Assembly: GCA_038063875.1 (NCBI GenBank)
Contig: JBBTUH010000002.1
Location: 12,530-76,529, forward strand
Source: Patescibacteria group bacterium
Lineage (GTDB): Bacteria; Patescibacteriota; Microgenomatia; UBA10105; UBA927
Reading direction: 5' to 3'
DNA: 64,000 nucleotides
How positions within the stretch are numbered: position 1 is the stretch's first letter; every line of letters begins with the position of its first letter. Of this stretch, positions 20,746-31,724 are shown one piece after another. Both the position numbers and the translations under genes were made by a program. The notes beneath the pieces are model-generated. The model was not told the DNA's origin. It saw only the letters and a program-made list of their open reading frames with translations, and made no database searches.

Positions 20746-21913
20746 GTGTAGTACGCCAAACTGTATCAAGCGTTTTTGCAATGCTATCCCAATTATATTC
20801 TCTCTCTACCAGCGTTCGAGCTGCTTTTACTACTTTTTCTCTATGGGAGTGATCACTGACCAATCGCGCCAGTTTATCGACAAACTCATGTGGCGTATTG
20901 GCAATCAAAACGTGTTTTTCATCTTCACAATCAATACCTTCTACACCCGCACGCGTAGAAACGACAGGTACACCGCTTGCCATCGCCTCGAGCACTTTAA
21001 ACTTTGTGCCGCCAGCGATGGTCATGGGAGCTAATAAGGCAAACGCAGCATTATACTCATCACGGATATCAGAAACATCAGTTTTACCTATAATTCTACC
21101 GGTTAATGCAGCCAATACATTTTCAGGCATATTTCTCCCAACGATTGTCAATGTGCTCTTTGGAAAACTCTCTGCAATCCTCGGCCAAATATCTGATAAC
21201 AAACGCTCTACAGCCTCTATGTTTGGTAACCAACGAAAATTACCAACAAAGAGAAAATTTTGGAGTATCTCTTTTTTGTGTTTGGGAAACGTAAACGATT
21301 CTGTATCTACACCGTTTGACACGACAGATACAGGAAAACTTAAATATGATTCCATAACACGTTGATCTTTTTGGGACACCGCCGTCACCATGTCAGCCTT
21401 TCGCCATACATAGTGCTCCCAGCGTTTAAGCCGCGAAACATCAATCATAAGAAGAAATCGCAACGGCAAAAAAGAACGTTTTCGCACATACTCTTCATAC
21501 ACCTGATACTCAATATTATGTTCAGAAACCACAATAGGAACGCGTGTATTTGGTATCGATGGCCACACATAAAACGGTTCAAGGTGAATAAGATCAAATG
21601 CTTTCGTAGCGAGTACCTTCGTAAGAAGCCTATACATCTTGGCATTGGCATAGGTCGAAAGCAAAAACGGCATCCGTGTAAACAAAGCTCTGGCTATATA
21701 CGGCACCTGCCATGCGCGACCACGATTGACCATATAAACCTGCTCACAAAATGAAAGGTCATTTTTATAGGATCGCTCTTTCTCATCCCTAATAAATGAG
21801 ACGAGTGTGATTGTATGTTTTGAAGAAAGACGCTTGAGAAGATTATACATCCGTATTTGTCCCCCCGAATGCAGAGGATACGGTAACACTGCTGAAACGA
21901 CGAGGATATTCAT
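20729..21913 (-). CDS. GT4 glycosyltransferase
   Basis: PYPLHSGGQIR, EHNIE, NGVD, GTKFKVLEAMASG. Confidence 0.9.
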   Translation of the reverse strand: MNILVVSAVLPYPLHSGGQIRMYNLLKRLSSKHTITLVSFIRDEKERSYKNDLSFCEQVYMVNRGRAWQVPYIARALFTRMPFLLSTYANAKMYRLLTKVLATKAFDLIHLEPFYVWPSIPNTRVPIVVSEHNIEYQVYEEYVRKRSFLPLRFLLMIDVSRLKRWEHYVWRKADMVTAVSQKDQRVMESYLSFPVSVVSNGVDTESFTFPKHKKEILQNFLFVGNFRWLPNIEAVERLLSDIWPRIAESFPKSTLTIVGRNMPENVLAALTGRIIGKTDVSDIRDEYNAAFALLAPMTIAGGTKFKVLEAMASGVPVVSTRAGVEGIDCEDEKHVLIANTPHEFVDKLARLVSDHSHREKVVKAARTLVEREYNWDSIAKTLDTVWRTTHEKKR

Positions 21914-23331
21914 TTAGGTTTTGTAAGATCGATAATAGCAAACGTATCATTTCGCACGAGCACTGTATAGGTCTCTGCCAGTGTTTTTGTCTCCCAGTCG
22001 GCATCTGTTGGGGACACAGTTACGTAGTGTGTCGCACCTTGTGCTAATTTTTTGTCTATATCAAATCCCAAAGGCCATCCTGTACGCTTGGTCTGATATA
22101 GAAACGTCGTATCACCGTTATATGGTGCTATGACCTTGGCATCTTTGGGCAATATCCTATCAGCTTCTATCCCTGCCATGATAATTTCTGGCCTGTTTAT
22201 CCAGTAATATGTACGCATATGAAACCACGAAAACGCAGTCGTAAATCCTATACCAACAACTAAAAATGTAATAGATGCGACACGAGAGAAATTTGTGTTC
22301 GTTAACAGATATGCAATTCCCTTACCTGCATATAAACATATGACGGGAAGAAGGAGTATCTGATAATAATCATGACGCACGTTGCCAGCGGCAAAAATAA
22401 CAAGATATGCAATGCTTCCAAGCAACAAAAGAGGTGGGACCCATTTTTCTTTTTTATCAAGCTTTAACGTAATGCCAAGTCCTACAAAAACTACTCCCCA
22501 ATATCCTAAGATAAGTTTCGATACGCGTTCAGCAAACAACCAATGAAACCATGCGCCTTTAAATCTGATATTGCCATCATTTAATAGCCATAAAAACACA
22601 GGGATGCCTTCTTTGTACTGCAAGATCCATTGCCTCCACCAAAGAAATGGGACAATAGTGATCAACGCGGCAATAGCCGCACGCGCAAATAATTGTAAAG
22701 AAAATTTATACTGTAAAATCATTAAACCTCCCAATGGCAACAACAAAAAGCCTGCTGTCGGTTTGATAAGAATAGATAGGGATGCACAAATTACGGATAA
22801 GAAAAAAGAAGTCTTCATCATTAAAAAAATACTACTTATCGCAAAAAACACCGCTAATGGCTCGGCTAACACTACCCTCCCATAAAAAACACTATACGGC
22901 AGTATCGCATACAAAAACCCAGCTGAAATTCCAGCAAGCGGTGTGATAAGCACAGAGGCTATAACCGCAAGAAGTACCGCTGTCAAGGCTGATGCAATGA
23001 TAGTGATTATACGAAGCGCTATATCGACTGATAAAAACGGCATCATACGCACAAGCATCGTAGCTGCCGCCTGATACAGTGGGACTTCCACCATCCTATA
23101 CCCATGTGGATTATCTTTGCCTGACTGGATGTTTGAAAGATCATGGTAACGGGGATGCAATACATCTATACCATCTGTCACAAAAATTCGAGCGACAGAT
23201 GCGGTATCTACTTGACGAAAACTATGCCAGTCAGAAACAGGCGCTGTTACTTTGTACAATCGAAGCCCTACAGCCACGACAAATATCCCCACAAGAGCAA
23301 TCGTAAACCAATATTTTTTCAAATCTTTCAT
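21910..23331 (-). CDS. GT-C (ArnT/PMT-like) integral membrane glycosyltransferase
   Basis: Multi-TM; DWHSFRQVDT in first loop, EVPLY, LIKP, HDYYQ. Confidence 0.8.
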   Translation of the reverse strand: MKDLKKYWFTIALVGIFVVAVGLRLYKVTAPVSDWHSFRQVDTASVARIFVTDGIDVLHPRYHDLSNIQSGKDNPHGYRMVEVPLYQAAATMLVRMMPFLSVDIALRIITIIASALTAVLLAVIASVLITPLAGISAGFLYAILPYSVFYGRVVLAEPLAVFFAISSIFLMMKTSFFLSVICASLSILIKPTAGFLLLPLGGLMILQYKFSLQLFARAAIAALITIVPFLWWRQWILQYKEGIPVFLWLLNDGNIRFKGAWFHWLFAERVSKLILGYWGVVFVGLGITLKLDKKEKWVPPLLLLGSIAYLVIFAAGNVRHDYYQILLLPVICLYAGKGIAYLLTNTNFSRVASITFLVVGIGFTTAFSWFHMRTYYWINRPEIIMAGIEADRILPKDAKVIAPYNGDTTFLYQTKRTGWPLGFDIDKKLAQGATHYVTVSPTDADWETKTLAETYTVLVRNDTFAIIDLTKPK

Positions 23332-26309
23332 TCTACTTCTATAACCTTTGTTTCTTGTCGCGCTTTGTTTAGGACAAACTGTTCGTCAAAAAGAAGTACA
23401 TCAGGAGCACCAATCGGACTCTTTATGGCAAATCCATCCTTAACCGTGGGTGCTGTATATACTAGATACGCATACGGATTGAATTTAAACATGTGCCACA
23501 ATGCATCCTCAAGACCCGTTGGGAATATCCATGCTCTCCCGAATCGTATCGGCATATTTACAAAGACAAAGGTATGAGAATTTTGTAATGGAAAATAATT
23601 TGCTTTCAGCGTCAAGATAGTACGCTCGGAAATGTTGGAGGCAGTGTGCCAATCACCGATAACGCGCCGGAGCTCTGTATAATTGAAACCAAACGCCAGC
23701 AAAAGAAGCGTTATTGCAACAAAGATACCACGTCCTTTAAACATTCGTTTCTCTATAAAAACTCCGACTGCAATCGACAAAAACACGGTCGCACTTAACG
23801 CATAACGCTCTGCCATACCACCTAATCCGATAAAGGGAAGCATCGACACACACGCCATCAAAATCCACAACGAAACCTCTCTGTTTGATGACACCATCCT
23901 CCCCAAGCGCTTGAAAAAATACACCAACACTATCGTGAATATCCCGAGTACACCCAACACAATCACAGGCATACCTTTTACGACTTCTCGAAAGGCTGTC
24001 ATCCACTCAACGACCCGCGGTCCTCCATATGTTGCCAATATATAGCCGATGCCATTGGCGGGAATATTAAACGGTAATCTCAAGAAATTGACACTGTAAT
24101 CCCCTGACTGGAGTAGTGAGTGCGCACTCGATCGCATAACCCAATATATGGGAATAACCCCGAGTATCAGCGCATAGTGCGTACGTTTAAATAGTATGAG
24201 AATAGCAACGAGTGCAACAATCAATGGACTTACGATGCCACCCTCATAGGAGAGTGCGGATACCAACGCAAATACTAAAACAGCGCCCGCATAAATTATC
24301 TTTACAAATCTACGCGTTGTGCTCTTTGTACTGATAAGAATAGAAAGTACAAGAAACAGAGTAGACAAGAGGCTAGAAAGACCTGACGTCCAAACGACAT
24401 TCTCATGATGGATAGCCAAGACGATAAACACCGCAGTCGTCAAAAACGCGACACTTGTACGGACAAATCGTGCGCGCAAAATCGCATATACAATAGCCGC
24501 AATGGCTGCAAATAATCCAATAAGCACCATGTGATACCCCCAAGGCTTGAGCCAAAACAAACTATACAAGACAAAGTACATAATTTTTGCAATTGGTCTG
24601 TAAAAAAATCCGCTTGCATCAACAAAAAACTTTGGGAGATCGGAAATAGTCGTTGAGGCAGCCCACCTGAGCCATGTGAAGTCATCTCCGACAAAATAAA
24701 ACGAAATACTATCCTTGAATATCAAAAACGTCAGCATAACGATATACACATACATTGAGAATTGACTCGTACATACTCGCAGCAAAAGCTTCGGGTATGA
24801 TTCTCTCCACGCCCTCACAGAGAGTACCGCCACCATTGCACCGATAAGCGGCCACAACGTAAACGCTACTTTCGACGCCTCAAACACATCAATAAGCGTC
24901 GCATTTAAAAATAACCCGACGATACCAGCGGATAACCCTGTCACAAAGGCCTCTTCGTATGGCGAGAGTAACGGCTTTGCCTTACCATAGAGCGCAAATA
25001 ACGTGATAAAAATTCCAACAAACGCAATCGTTCCAAGGATTCCCGTTTCCCCAAGCATCCGCATATAATCGCTATCACTTGCCACAGACAGACTTGAGTA
25101 TCCGCTCCCTGTTATGATATTTCGTTTAAATGCCGCTATCGCTTTGGGCCATTGGCCTTGTGATCGTGTGGTAAAAGAAATGTCATACACAAATGCTTTT
25201 TGTATAAGAAAATTTCCCGACACTGTAGCGATCTCACCAGAGCCTGTGGAGAGAGGAGTGCTGACAAACATCTCTATAGTTTTAAATGTCTTTGTGGGCT
25301 TTGTAGCTACCTGCGGAGCACTTATAAATCCGCTGCCCGTCGGAAGTGTTTCTACATCCGGCTTTTCTTGTGTACTGACCACCGCATTAGAGCCATTAAT
25401 ACTCTCGAGCGTTCCTATGGGTTGACCCGTTGAGAGGTCAATAATGACATCAGAGAACCGAAGTGTTTTATAAAACCGCTCAGACGCTGTAGAGATGGAA
25501 TTTAAAAGAAGCATACTCACTACCACGACAGGAATAATCCATATTTTCTTATTTTTCCACCACAACATCATCACAATCGATACAAGATACACACCAAACG
25601 ATACACGCGATGCGGTAAAAAGTAAGAGAACCAACGATCCTATGGCAACACTGAGCATACAAAGCTTCTGCCACAATTTTTTCATCCCAAACACAAAGCT
25701 CCCAAACAGCGGGATCAAAAGCACCAAATACGCAGCTAAATCATAATGACCACCAAAGGTAGATGCGATGCGCGCGGTGGGAGGTAAGCGCAGTGGAATG
25801 CCCTTGGAAAATTCTTCATTCATAGTAAGGAATGCTGGCCACCCTACAAACTTTTGCCCGATGCCGTAGATAATCACAACAAGTGTCGCGACCGTAAGAG
25901 TCCAAAGCAACACAGGTAATGCTTTTGGATTTTTGTACACCGCATAAAATCCCACAAAAAACATTCCCATATATTCAATTCTTCGGAATAGATGCAAAAA
26001 TGCTATATGGGCAATAAAGTCAGGATTTTTGACGACAACCATGCCCACTACGACAGAGATGAGACCAACTACCCAATACACAATAATCGGTACAGTGAGA
26101 GGTGTTTTTAGATCAATTTTTCGCTTGACTACCAATATCCCTACTGCAAACAAAACTATAGCTACCAAAAAATCCTCAAGTCGTATATACACCCATGTCT
26201 GCACTACATCCAAAAGCGGCAATTTAGGATACAACGGGATAAACGCCAAAAGAAAGGCGGCTCCCAACAAGAGCCACTCTTTTTTACACCAGTGTATAAG
26301 CTTCTGCAT
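23328..26309 (-). CDS. Fusion of an O-antigen ligase/Wzy_C-like domain and a GT-C-like membrane domain
   Basis: N-half: RIASTFGGHYDLAAYL, FTASRVS, GSGYSS...DSDYMRMLGETG; C-half: GDDF, FYRP, K/YE-like motif and many TMs. Confidence 0.75.
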   Translation of the reverse strand: MQKLIHWCKKEWLLLGAAFLLAFIPLYPKLPLLDVVQTWVYIRLEDFLVAIVLFAVGILVVKRKIDLKTPLTVPIIVYWVVGLISVVVGMVVVKNPDFIAHIAFLHLFRRIEYMGMFFVGFYAVYKNPKALPVLLWTLTVATLVVIIYGIGQKFVGWPAFLTMNEEFSKGIPLRLPPTARIASTFGGHYDLAAYLVLLIPLFGSFVFGMKKLWQKLCMLSVAIGSLVLLLFTASRVSFGVYLVSIVMMLWWKNKKIWIIPVVVVSMLLLNSISTASERFYKTLRFSDVIIDLSTGQPIGTLESINGSNAVVSTQEKPDVETLPTGSGFISAPQVATKPTKTFKTIEMFVSTPLSTGSGEIATVSGNFLIQKAFVYDISFTTRSQGQWPKAIAAFKRNIITGSGYSSLSVASDSDYMRMLGETGILGTIAFVGIFITLFALYGKAKPLLSPYEEAFVTGLSAGIVGLFLNATLIDVFEASKVAFTLWPLIGAMVAVLSVRAWRESYPKLLLRVCTSQFSMYVYIVMLTFLIFKDSISFYFVGDDFTWLRWAASTTISDLPKFFVDASGFFYRPIAKIMYFVLYSLFWLKPWGYHMVLIGLFAAIAAIVYAILRARFVRTSVAFLTTAVFIVLAIHHENVVWTSGLSSLLSTLFLVLSILISTKSTTRRFVKIIYAGAVLVFALVSALSYEGGIVSPLIVALVAILILFKRTHYALILGVIPIYWVMRSSAHSLLQSGDYSVNFLRLPFNIPANGIGYILATYGGPRVVEWMTAFREVVKGMPVIVLGVLGIFTIVLVYFFKRLGRMVSSNREVSLWILMACVSMLPFIGLGGMAERYALSATVFLSIAVGVFIEKRMFKGRGIFVAITLLLLAFGFNYTELRRVIGDWHTASNISERTILTLKANYFPLQNSHTFVFVNMPIRFGRAWIFPTGLEDALWHMFKFNPYAYLVYTAPTVKDGFAIKSPIGAPDVLLFDEQFVLNKARQETKVIEVE

Positions 26310-27150
26310 AAGTATCCTTTAGCTGTGCTCTCCCCATCATAACACCGATCATCCATCCAATAAGCGCCTTTGTTTTTAGCAAAAATTTCAAAATAGAAAG
26401 CTGCCATGCAGGCATATACTTCCCATAAAAATGGAGAAGCCCACGATAAATATTTAAGACTGGCCCTTTCCTCTTGTTTTGTGAGCTACCCCCTCCAAGA
26501 TGCACAACAAGCGCGCGATGGTAAAAATATGTAGGATACCCTTTAAGCTTTGCTCGATACAAAAGATCAATCTCTTCCATATACATAAAAATATCTTCAT
26601 CAAATAATAAATCGTTCATGAAAAGCTTTTTGGCAGCGATGATACAGGCTCCTGACACCCAATCTACCTTTCTCGTGCGATCGGGAGACCAACGAGTAAG
26701 CCCCAACACATCACCCTTTAAAAATAACGCGGCAAAGGTAACGGGCAACGTGAAAAATGGCCCACACGACGTCTGTGGGCTTCTATCGGCATTTAAAAGT
26801 TTGCCGCCGACAAACGCGTTGGGATGCTGTTTTACAAAGGCATGCAGCTTGAGAATAGATGAATTCAATGCTACGGTGTCAGAATTTAAAAGCAATATAT
26901 ATTCTCCTTTTGCGACCTTTATCGCTTGGTTATTTGCTTTTCCAAACCCTGCGTTTATTCGATTGAGTATGAGTCGTACTTTCGGAAACTTTTTTTTGAT
27001 TATATCTCTTGTGCCATCGGTGGATATATTATCGACGACGATAACCTCAAATGAAATTTTGGTGTGATCAAGTGATCGAAAAATAGACGCAATGCAATCA
27101 TGTGTTAATTTTTGCGTATTAAAGCTAACGATAATAATAGATAGATCCAT
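26284..27150 (-). CDS. GT2 glycosyltransferase
   Basis: LSIIIVSFNT, GFGKANN, LLNSDT, DWVSGA, FMYMEE. Confidence 0.92.
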   Translation of the reverse strand: MDLSIIIVSFNTQKLTHDCIASIFRSLDHTKISFEVIVVDNISTDGTRDIIKKKFPKVRLILNRINAGFGKANNQAIKVAKGEYILLLNSDTVALNSSILKLHAFVKQHPNAFVGGKLLNADRSPQTSCGPFFTLPVTFAALFLKGDVLGLTRWSPDRTRKVDWVSGACIIAAKKLFMNDLLFDEDIFMYMEEIDLLYRAKLKGYPTYFYHRALVVHLGGGSSQNKRKGPVLNIYRGLLHFYGKYMPAWQLSILKFLLKTKALIGWMIGVMMGRAQLKDTYAEAYTLV

Positions 27151-27162
27151 AAAAAATTGGGG

Positions 27163-27726
27163 TTATTGAAATAGTCGTGCAAATTTTAATGTATAGTGCA
27201 AGTCTTTAGTTCTATCCTTGATAAATTTAGCGGGAACTCCTCCAACGACAGTGTATGCAGGTACATCCTTTGTGACGACCGCGCCACTTGCGATCACTGC
27301 TCCTTTTCCTATACGTACGTTGGGAAGTATAGTCACTCGTGTGCCTATGACTACGTAGTCTTCAATCACGACCGGTCCACCTATTTCACTAAAATCAGTA
27401 CTCTCGATATCATGCTCCATCGTGTAAATGCGAACTTCCCCAGCAATAGACACATTATCACCTATGATAAGCGGCGATCGATGCGTTTTAAGATAAGAAA
27501 TGAAATGTTTCATTCGCCCATCCAAAAATGCATCATTTCCAATGATTGTGTTATTCCCGATACTGACCCCTGCTGGTTGATTAAATTCAGCTCGCCAGTG
27601 AATTGAAGAATTCTTTCCAATTTTTACTCTAAATAACGTACGGTAAAGAAAAAGCCGGATCGTATGGCTAGGAATGTATCCTGTGAGGGTTGCCAAATAT
27701 ACCCAAAAATCGATAAGCATTCTCAT
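27163..27726 (-). CDS. Hexapeptide-repeat O-acyltransferase
   Basis: LbH repeats, [20 protein letters not shown]. Confidence 0.9.
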   Translation of the reverse strand: MRMLIDFWVYLATLTGYIPSHTIRLFLYRTLFRVKIGKNSSIHWRAEFNQPAGVSIGNNTIIGNDAFLDGRMKHFISYLKTHRSPLIIGDNVSIAGEVRIYTMEHDIESTDFSEIGGPVVIEDYVVIGTRVTILPNVRIGKGAVIASGAVVTKDVPAYTVVGGVPAKFIKDRTKDLHYTLKFARLFQ

Positions 27727-27732
27727 ATAGTT

Positions 27733-28866
27733 TTATTTTACCTGACTGACAACCTCTTCCAAAACAGAAAGCACTTGTTTGGCGGCAGTATCCCAAGAAA
27801 AAAGCGAAACTCGTTCTTTGCCTACCTGAATACGTGCTTTTTGCTCTGCTGATCCATGCTCACTGAGTGATTTGGTCAGTCCGTCTGTAATACTTGTGAC
27901 ACGTAGCGGATCAACATATATGGCAGCGTCACCTGCTATTTCAGGGATGCTTGATACGTTACTCACCACTATGGGGCATTCATACGCCATCGCCTCAAGG
28001 ACTGGTAATCCAAAGCCCTCATACAGACTTGGGCATACGAAACACTGCGCATGCGTGTAAAGTGTCGCGAGGTCATCATCATGCACAAAATCAAGAATTT
28101 TTACACGATCTTTCACCCCATACACACTAGGAGCTGCGAGTATTTCTTCATACATCCAGCCCTTTTTACCGACAATAACAAGTGTTAACGAAGTGTCTTC
28201 AAGCTTTGAAAAAGCCTCAATAAGGCGCACAAAGTTTTTCCGCGGTTGCAGCGTGCCGACTGAGAGTATATACGGCGTACGTATGCCGTATCGGGTAAGA
28301 GGGGCCTGACGATTATCGATCTTTTTTTTCTTCACGCTCATACTCATCCCTGGATACACGACAACGACGCGATCCGAGGCTAGGTTATAGGCTTCCATTA
28401 TAGCATGTTTGGAGTACTCACTAATCGTTATTACCTTTGCACAGTGCTGCACTGAATATGCTGTCCACGTTGTAAGCTGATAGAGATCCTTTTTGGTAAA
28501 TAACTCAGGATAATGAAGATATGACACGTCCATAATAGAGCAAACGCGGGGAATACCTATAAAACGAGGCACGTAATGTGTCGGAGAAAATACGACATCC
28601 GCGCGTGGTTTATCTTTATAGAGACGCCATGGGAGACCTATAAAAGTCCAAAGTTTTTTCGGTCGTCTCACAACGTAGCGCCATACAGCAGTCTCGATGG
28701 GAAGATCATCAACCGGTGCATCAGGCATGTATACCCTCACAGTACTGAATCGACTTTTTCCTAGCTCTACCGCTGTCTTTATCCCAGTCAGCATCTCGTA
28801 GGCAAATCGACCAATGCCTACACGATTTCCACTATTTGCCTCATACCCGTCAATGGAAAGTATCAT
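27733..28866 (-). CDS. GT4 glycosyltransferase (MtfB-like)
   Basis: GTLQPRKN, PSLYEGFGLPVLEAMA. Confidence 0.92.
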   Translation of the reverse strand: MILSIDGYEANSGNRVGIGRFAYEMLTGIKTAVELGKSRFSTVRVYMPDAPVDDLPIETAVWRYVVRRPKKLWTFIGLPWRLYKDKPRADVVFSPTHYVPRFIGIPRVCSIMDVSYLHYPELFTKKDLYQLTTWTAYSVQHCAKVITISEYSKHAIMEAYNLASDRVVVVYPGMSMSVKKKKIDNRQAPLTRYGIRTPYILSVGTLQPRKNFVRLIEAFSKLEDTSLTLVIVGKKGWMYEEILAAPSVYGVKDRVKILDFVHDDDLATLYTHAQCFVCPSLYEGFGLPVLEAMAYECPIVVSNVSSIPEIAGDAAIYVDPLRVTSITDGLTKSLSEHGSAEQKARIQVGKERVSLFSWDTAAKQVLSVLEEVVSQVK

Positions 28867-28871
28867 ATGTA

Positions 28872-29456
28872 TTATGGATATCCTGGATACACGACTGTGA
28901 GCTTATCCTCTGAGATCGAAAGAAATTTCATGACATCATTCTTTGTGGCAATACTGTCACAAAAAATCCGATCACATTCTTTCTTTACCCAATGCAAACG
29001 TCTTTTATGCACACCGACGATGTTTGCCCGAAACTGTCCTTGTTTGATATCTATATGTGGCTCTGGATGAGCGTCATTTGGATACGTAAAAACGACTAAA
29101 TCATGCACCGTTGTCACACCTTTTGCCAAGATAAGTGGTGGCTGTGTCCAGTCACTGCTCCAAAACACATCAACATTACCGATAATCCACTCAATTGGTA
29201 CGATATGAAGCCTGTTCCATACAATATCCAAAAGAATTGGCGGGACAGGAATAATGACCGATGAAACATTGGCGTATTTTTTTTCAAGCGAAGCGGCAAA
29301 AGCTTTTAACATATGACGTCTGCGAAGTGATGCGCCAAAAAGAATATAGTGGTGGCCGGCACCTTTGGTAAGTATGGAAGTTACTAACCGCTGTACATAC
29401 CGTGATACTCCTGTGTGTTCAAAGGCTACTTGGCTTATATCAATTCCTATTTTCAT
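28872..29456 (-). CDS. Stand-alone GT4 N-terminal (acceptor) domain
   Basis: IGIDIS, TGVSRY, TVHDL; ends at VVYPG, the interdomain linker; no C-terminal domain. Confidence 0.75.
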   Translation of the reverse strand: MKIGIDISQVAFEHTGVSRYVQRLVTSILTKGAGHHYILFGASLRRRHMLKAFAASLEKKYANVSSVIIPVPPILLDIVWNRLHIVPIEWIIGNVDVFWSSDWTQPPLILAKGVTTVHDLVVFTYPNDAHPEPHIDIKQGQFRANIVGVHKRRLHWVKKECDRIFCDSIATKNDVMKFLSISEDKLTVVYPGYP

Positions 29457-30445
29457 ATTGCGATATATCCCGTAGGATGATTCTCATGCCAATGCCATGC
29501 GGAGGCAATAATGTCTGAGAGTTTTGAATGTTTTGGTACCCACCCGAACTCCTTTTTAAGCTTAGAGGGATCAGCCACAAGCTCTGGCGAATCACCCACT
29601 CGCCTTTCTGATGTGACGACCGTAAACTCACGCCCTGATATTTCCTTCACCAACGCTAAAACCTCAGAAACGGTCGCACCGACCCCTGTGCCTACGTTGT
29701 ACACATCACTTTTATGACCGTTTATCAGTGCATCCATAACCAGCAAATGCGCTTCACATAGGTCATCGATATGAATATAGTCACGAACTGCAGTGCCATC
29801 CTTGGTCTTATAATCCGTGCCGAAGATGTGAAACTGATCCCGAAGACCTAATGCTGTTTGACACGCAAGCGGGATAAGATGTGTTTCTGGCTCATGTGCC
29901 TCGCCGTTTAATCCATCAGAAGCTGCTCCACATGCATTAAAATAACGAAGACTCACTGATCGTATGCCAGAAGACCGATCATAGACATCAAGAAGTTGCT
30001 CAAAATTCCATTTCGACAATCCGTATGTGGATAATGGATTTATAGGATGGGTCTCAGGAATTGGTACTGTTTGCGGCATGCCATAGACAGCTGCTGTCGA
30101 AGAAAAAATAATCGGCATGGATCCTGCGTCCCGCATGCATTCTAATAGTACAGTCGGCGCGATGAGATTATTGCGCATATATCGAATGGGATTTTGGATT
30201 GACTCCTCGACAGATATATACCCCGCAAAATGTAAGACTCCGTCTATGTGATGATTGGTAAAGAGAGAAGAAACAGCATCTTTATCACCGACATTCCCCT
30301 CTACCAACGCCACGCCCTTTGCCATTGCGCGTGCATGACCATATTCGAGGGTATCCAAGACTATAGCTTCATGACCGTGCAACTGAAGCATTCGACACAT
30401 GTTACTTCCGATATACCCAGCACCTCCAGTGACTAAGAACTTCAT
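29453..30445 (-). CDS. galE: UDP-glucose 4-epimerase
   Basis: TGGAGYIGS, FSSTAAVYG, YGLSK, LRYFNACGA, PETHLIP, DGTAVRDYIH. Confidence 0.95.
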   Translation of the reverse strand: MKFLVTGGAGYIGSNMCRMLQLHGHEAIVLDTLEYGHARAMAKGVALVEGNVGDKDAVSSLFTNHHIDGVLHFAGYISVEESIQNPIRYMRNNLIAPTVLLECMRDAGSMPIIFSSTAAVYGMPQTVPIPETHPINPLSTYGLSKWNFEQLLDVYDRSSGIRSVSLRYFNACGAASDGLNGEAHEPETHLIPLACQTALGLRDQFHIFGTDYKTKDGTAVRDYIHIDDLCEAHLLVMDALINGHKSDVYNVGTGVGATVSEVLALVKEISGREFTVVTSERRVGDSPELVADPSKLKKEFGWVPKHSKLSDIIASAWHWHENHPTGYIAI

Positions 30446-30449
30446 ACTG

Positions 30450-30671
30450 TTATTTTACCTTATGAGAGGGTGTAAAGGAAAATAGAATGAAGAAAAGAAA
30501 GAATGCTGCCGCATACCACGTAAGCCGTTCTGCGGTAAAAAATATATGCAGTGCAAACAGTGGTAAAGATATACTAAGCATGAGAAGACCAGTCCACGCA
30601 AATAGCAGTGGATTTTTCAACGCTAAAAACGTACCGAGTATGATACCAAACACAATGTCTTGTGGCTTCAT
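30450..30671 (-). CDS. Small membrane protein
   Basis: 73 aa, hydrophobic, FFTAERL motif; start overlaps the upstream stop. Confidence 0.7.
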   Translation of the reverse strand: MKPQDIVFGIILGTFLALKNPLLFAWTGLLMLSISLPLFALHIFFTAERLTWYAAAFFLFFILFSFTPSHKVK

Positions 30672-31615
30672 TGTAAATTTTTGTAATACGAAACAGTTTT
30701 TTTCAATCCTTCATCGACCGATACCACTGGTTGCCAACCCAAAAGCTCTTTGGCCTTTGTGATATCTGGTCGCCTCTTTACCGGATCATCTGATGGCAAA
30801 GGTGCATACATAATCTCTGATGTACTCTGGGTAAGTACTATAATCTTTTTTGCCAAATCTACCATCGTATACTCTTCAGGATTACCAATATTTATGACTT
30901 CACCGTTGGCATCTTCTTTTTCCATCAAAGAAATAAGGCCCTCCACTTGATCTGACACGAAGCAAAGTGATCTAGTCTGTAAACCATCTCCATACACGGT
31001 CAATGGTATATTTGCGAGTGCTTGATTGATAAAATTAGACACCACACGACCATCATCCTTTTTCATATTCGGGCCGTAAGTATTAAAGATTCGTGCAATT
31101 CTTGTGTCCACGCCATATTTTGTGTGATAAAGCATAGTCATCATTTCGCCGAAACGTTTGCTTTCGTCATAACAACTTCTGACACCATTCGGATTTACAT
31201 TTCCCCAATAGTCCTCTTTTTGTGGATGCTCTTTCGGATCCCCGTATACCTCGCTTGTAGAAGTATAGAGAAAACGAGCCCCATGCTCTTTGGCAAATAG
31301 AAGCGCATTTCTCGTTCCCACAGAATTAACGAGCGCTGTTACTTCTGGATTATTCTGGTAATCGATCACTGATGCAGGAGATGCCAAATGCCATACATGT
31401 GTGACATCATCAATCACTGGTAATCCCCCTATAACATCTGCCTGAATAAAGGAAAATTGATGATTATTTTTGGCTTCTCTAAGATTTTCCATCTTACCGG
31501 TAATCAAATTATCAATCGCAACTACCATATGCCCCAGATCAAGAAGTTTGTTTACTAAATTACTCCCTATAAATCCTGCACCACCAGTAACAAGACTAAC
31601 CGCGTTTTTACCCAT
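30668..31615 (-). CDS. UDP-glucuronate decarboxylase (UDP-xylose synthase)
   Basis: HLASPAS, STSEVYGDP, YWGNVNPNGVRSCYDESKR, DGRVVSNF, DDP..R.PDI. Confidence 0.92.
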   Translation of the reverse strand: MGKNAVSLVTGGAGFIGSNLVNKLLDLGHMVVAIDNLITGKMENLREAKNNHQFSFIQADVIGGLPVIDDVTHVWHLASPASVIDYQNNPEVTALVNSVGTRNALLFAKEHGARFLYTSTSEVYGDPKEHPQKEDYWGNVNPNGVRSCYDESKRFGEMMTMLYHTKYGVDTRIARIFNTYGPNMKKDDGRVVSNFINQALANIPLTVYGDGLQTRSLCFVSDQVEGLISLMEKEDANGEVINIGNPEEYTMVDLAKKIIVLTQSTSEIMYAPLPSDDPVKRRPDITKAKELLGWQPVVSVDEGLKKTVSYYKNLQ

Positions 31616-31724
31616 GATTGCATTGTATCACAAGGTTTTTGACCATATTTATTCACATACGTAACAATAATCTTTTCCAAGAGCTCACTTTGCGTAATAC
31701 TTAAAATAAGTTTGTTTCATGTAG

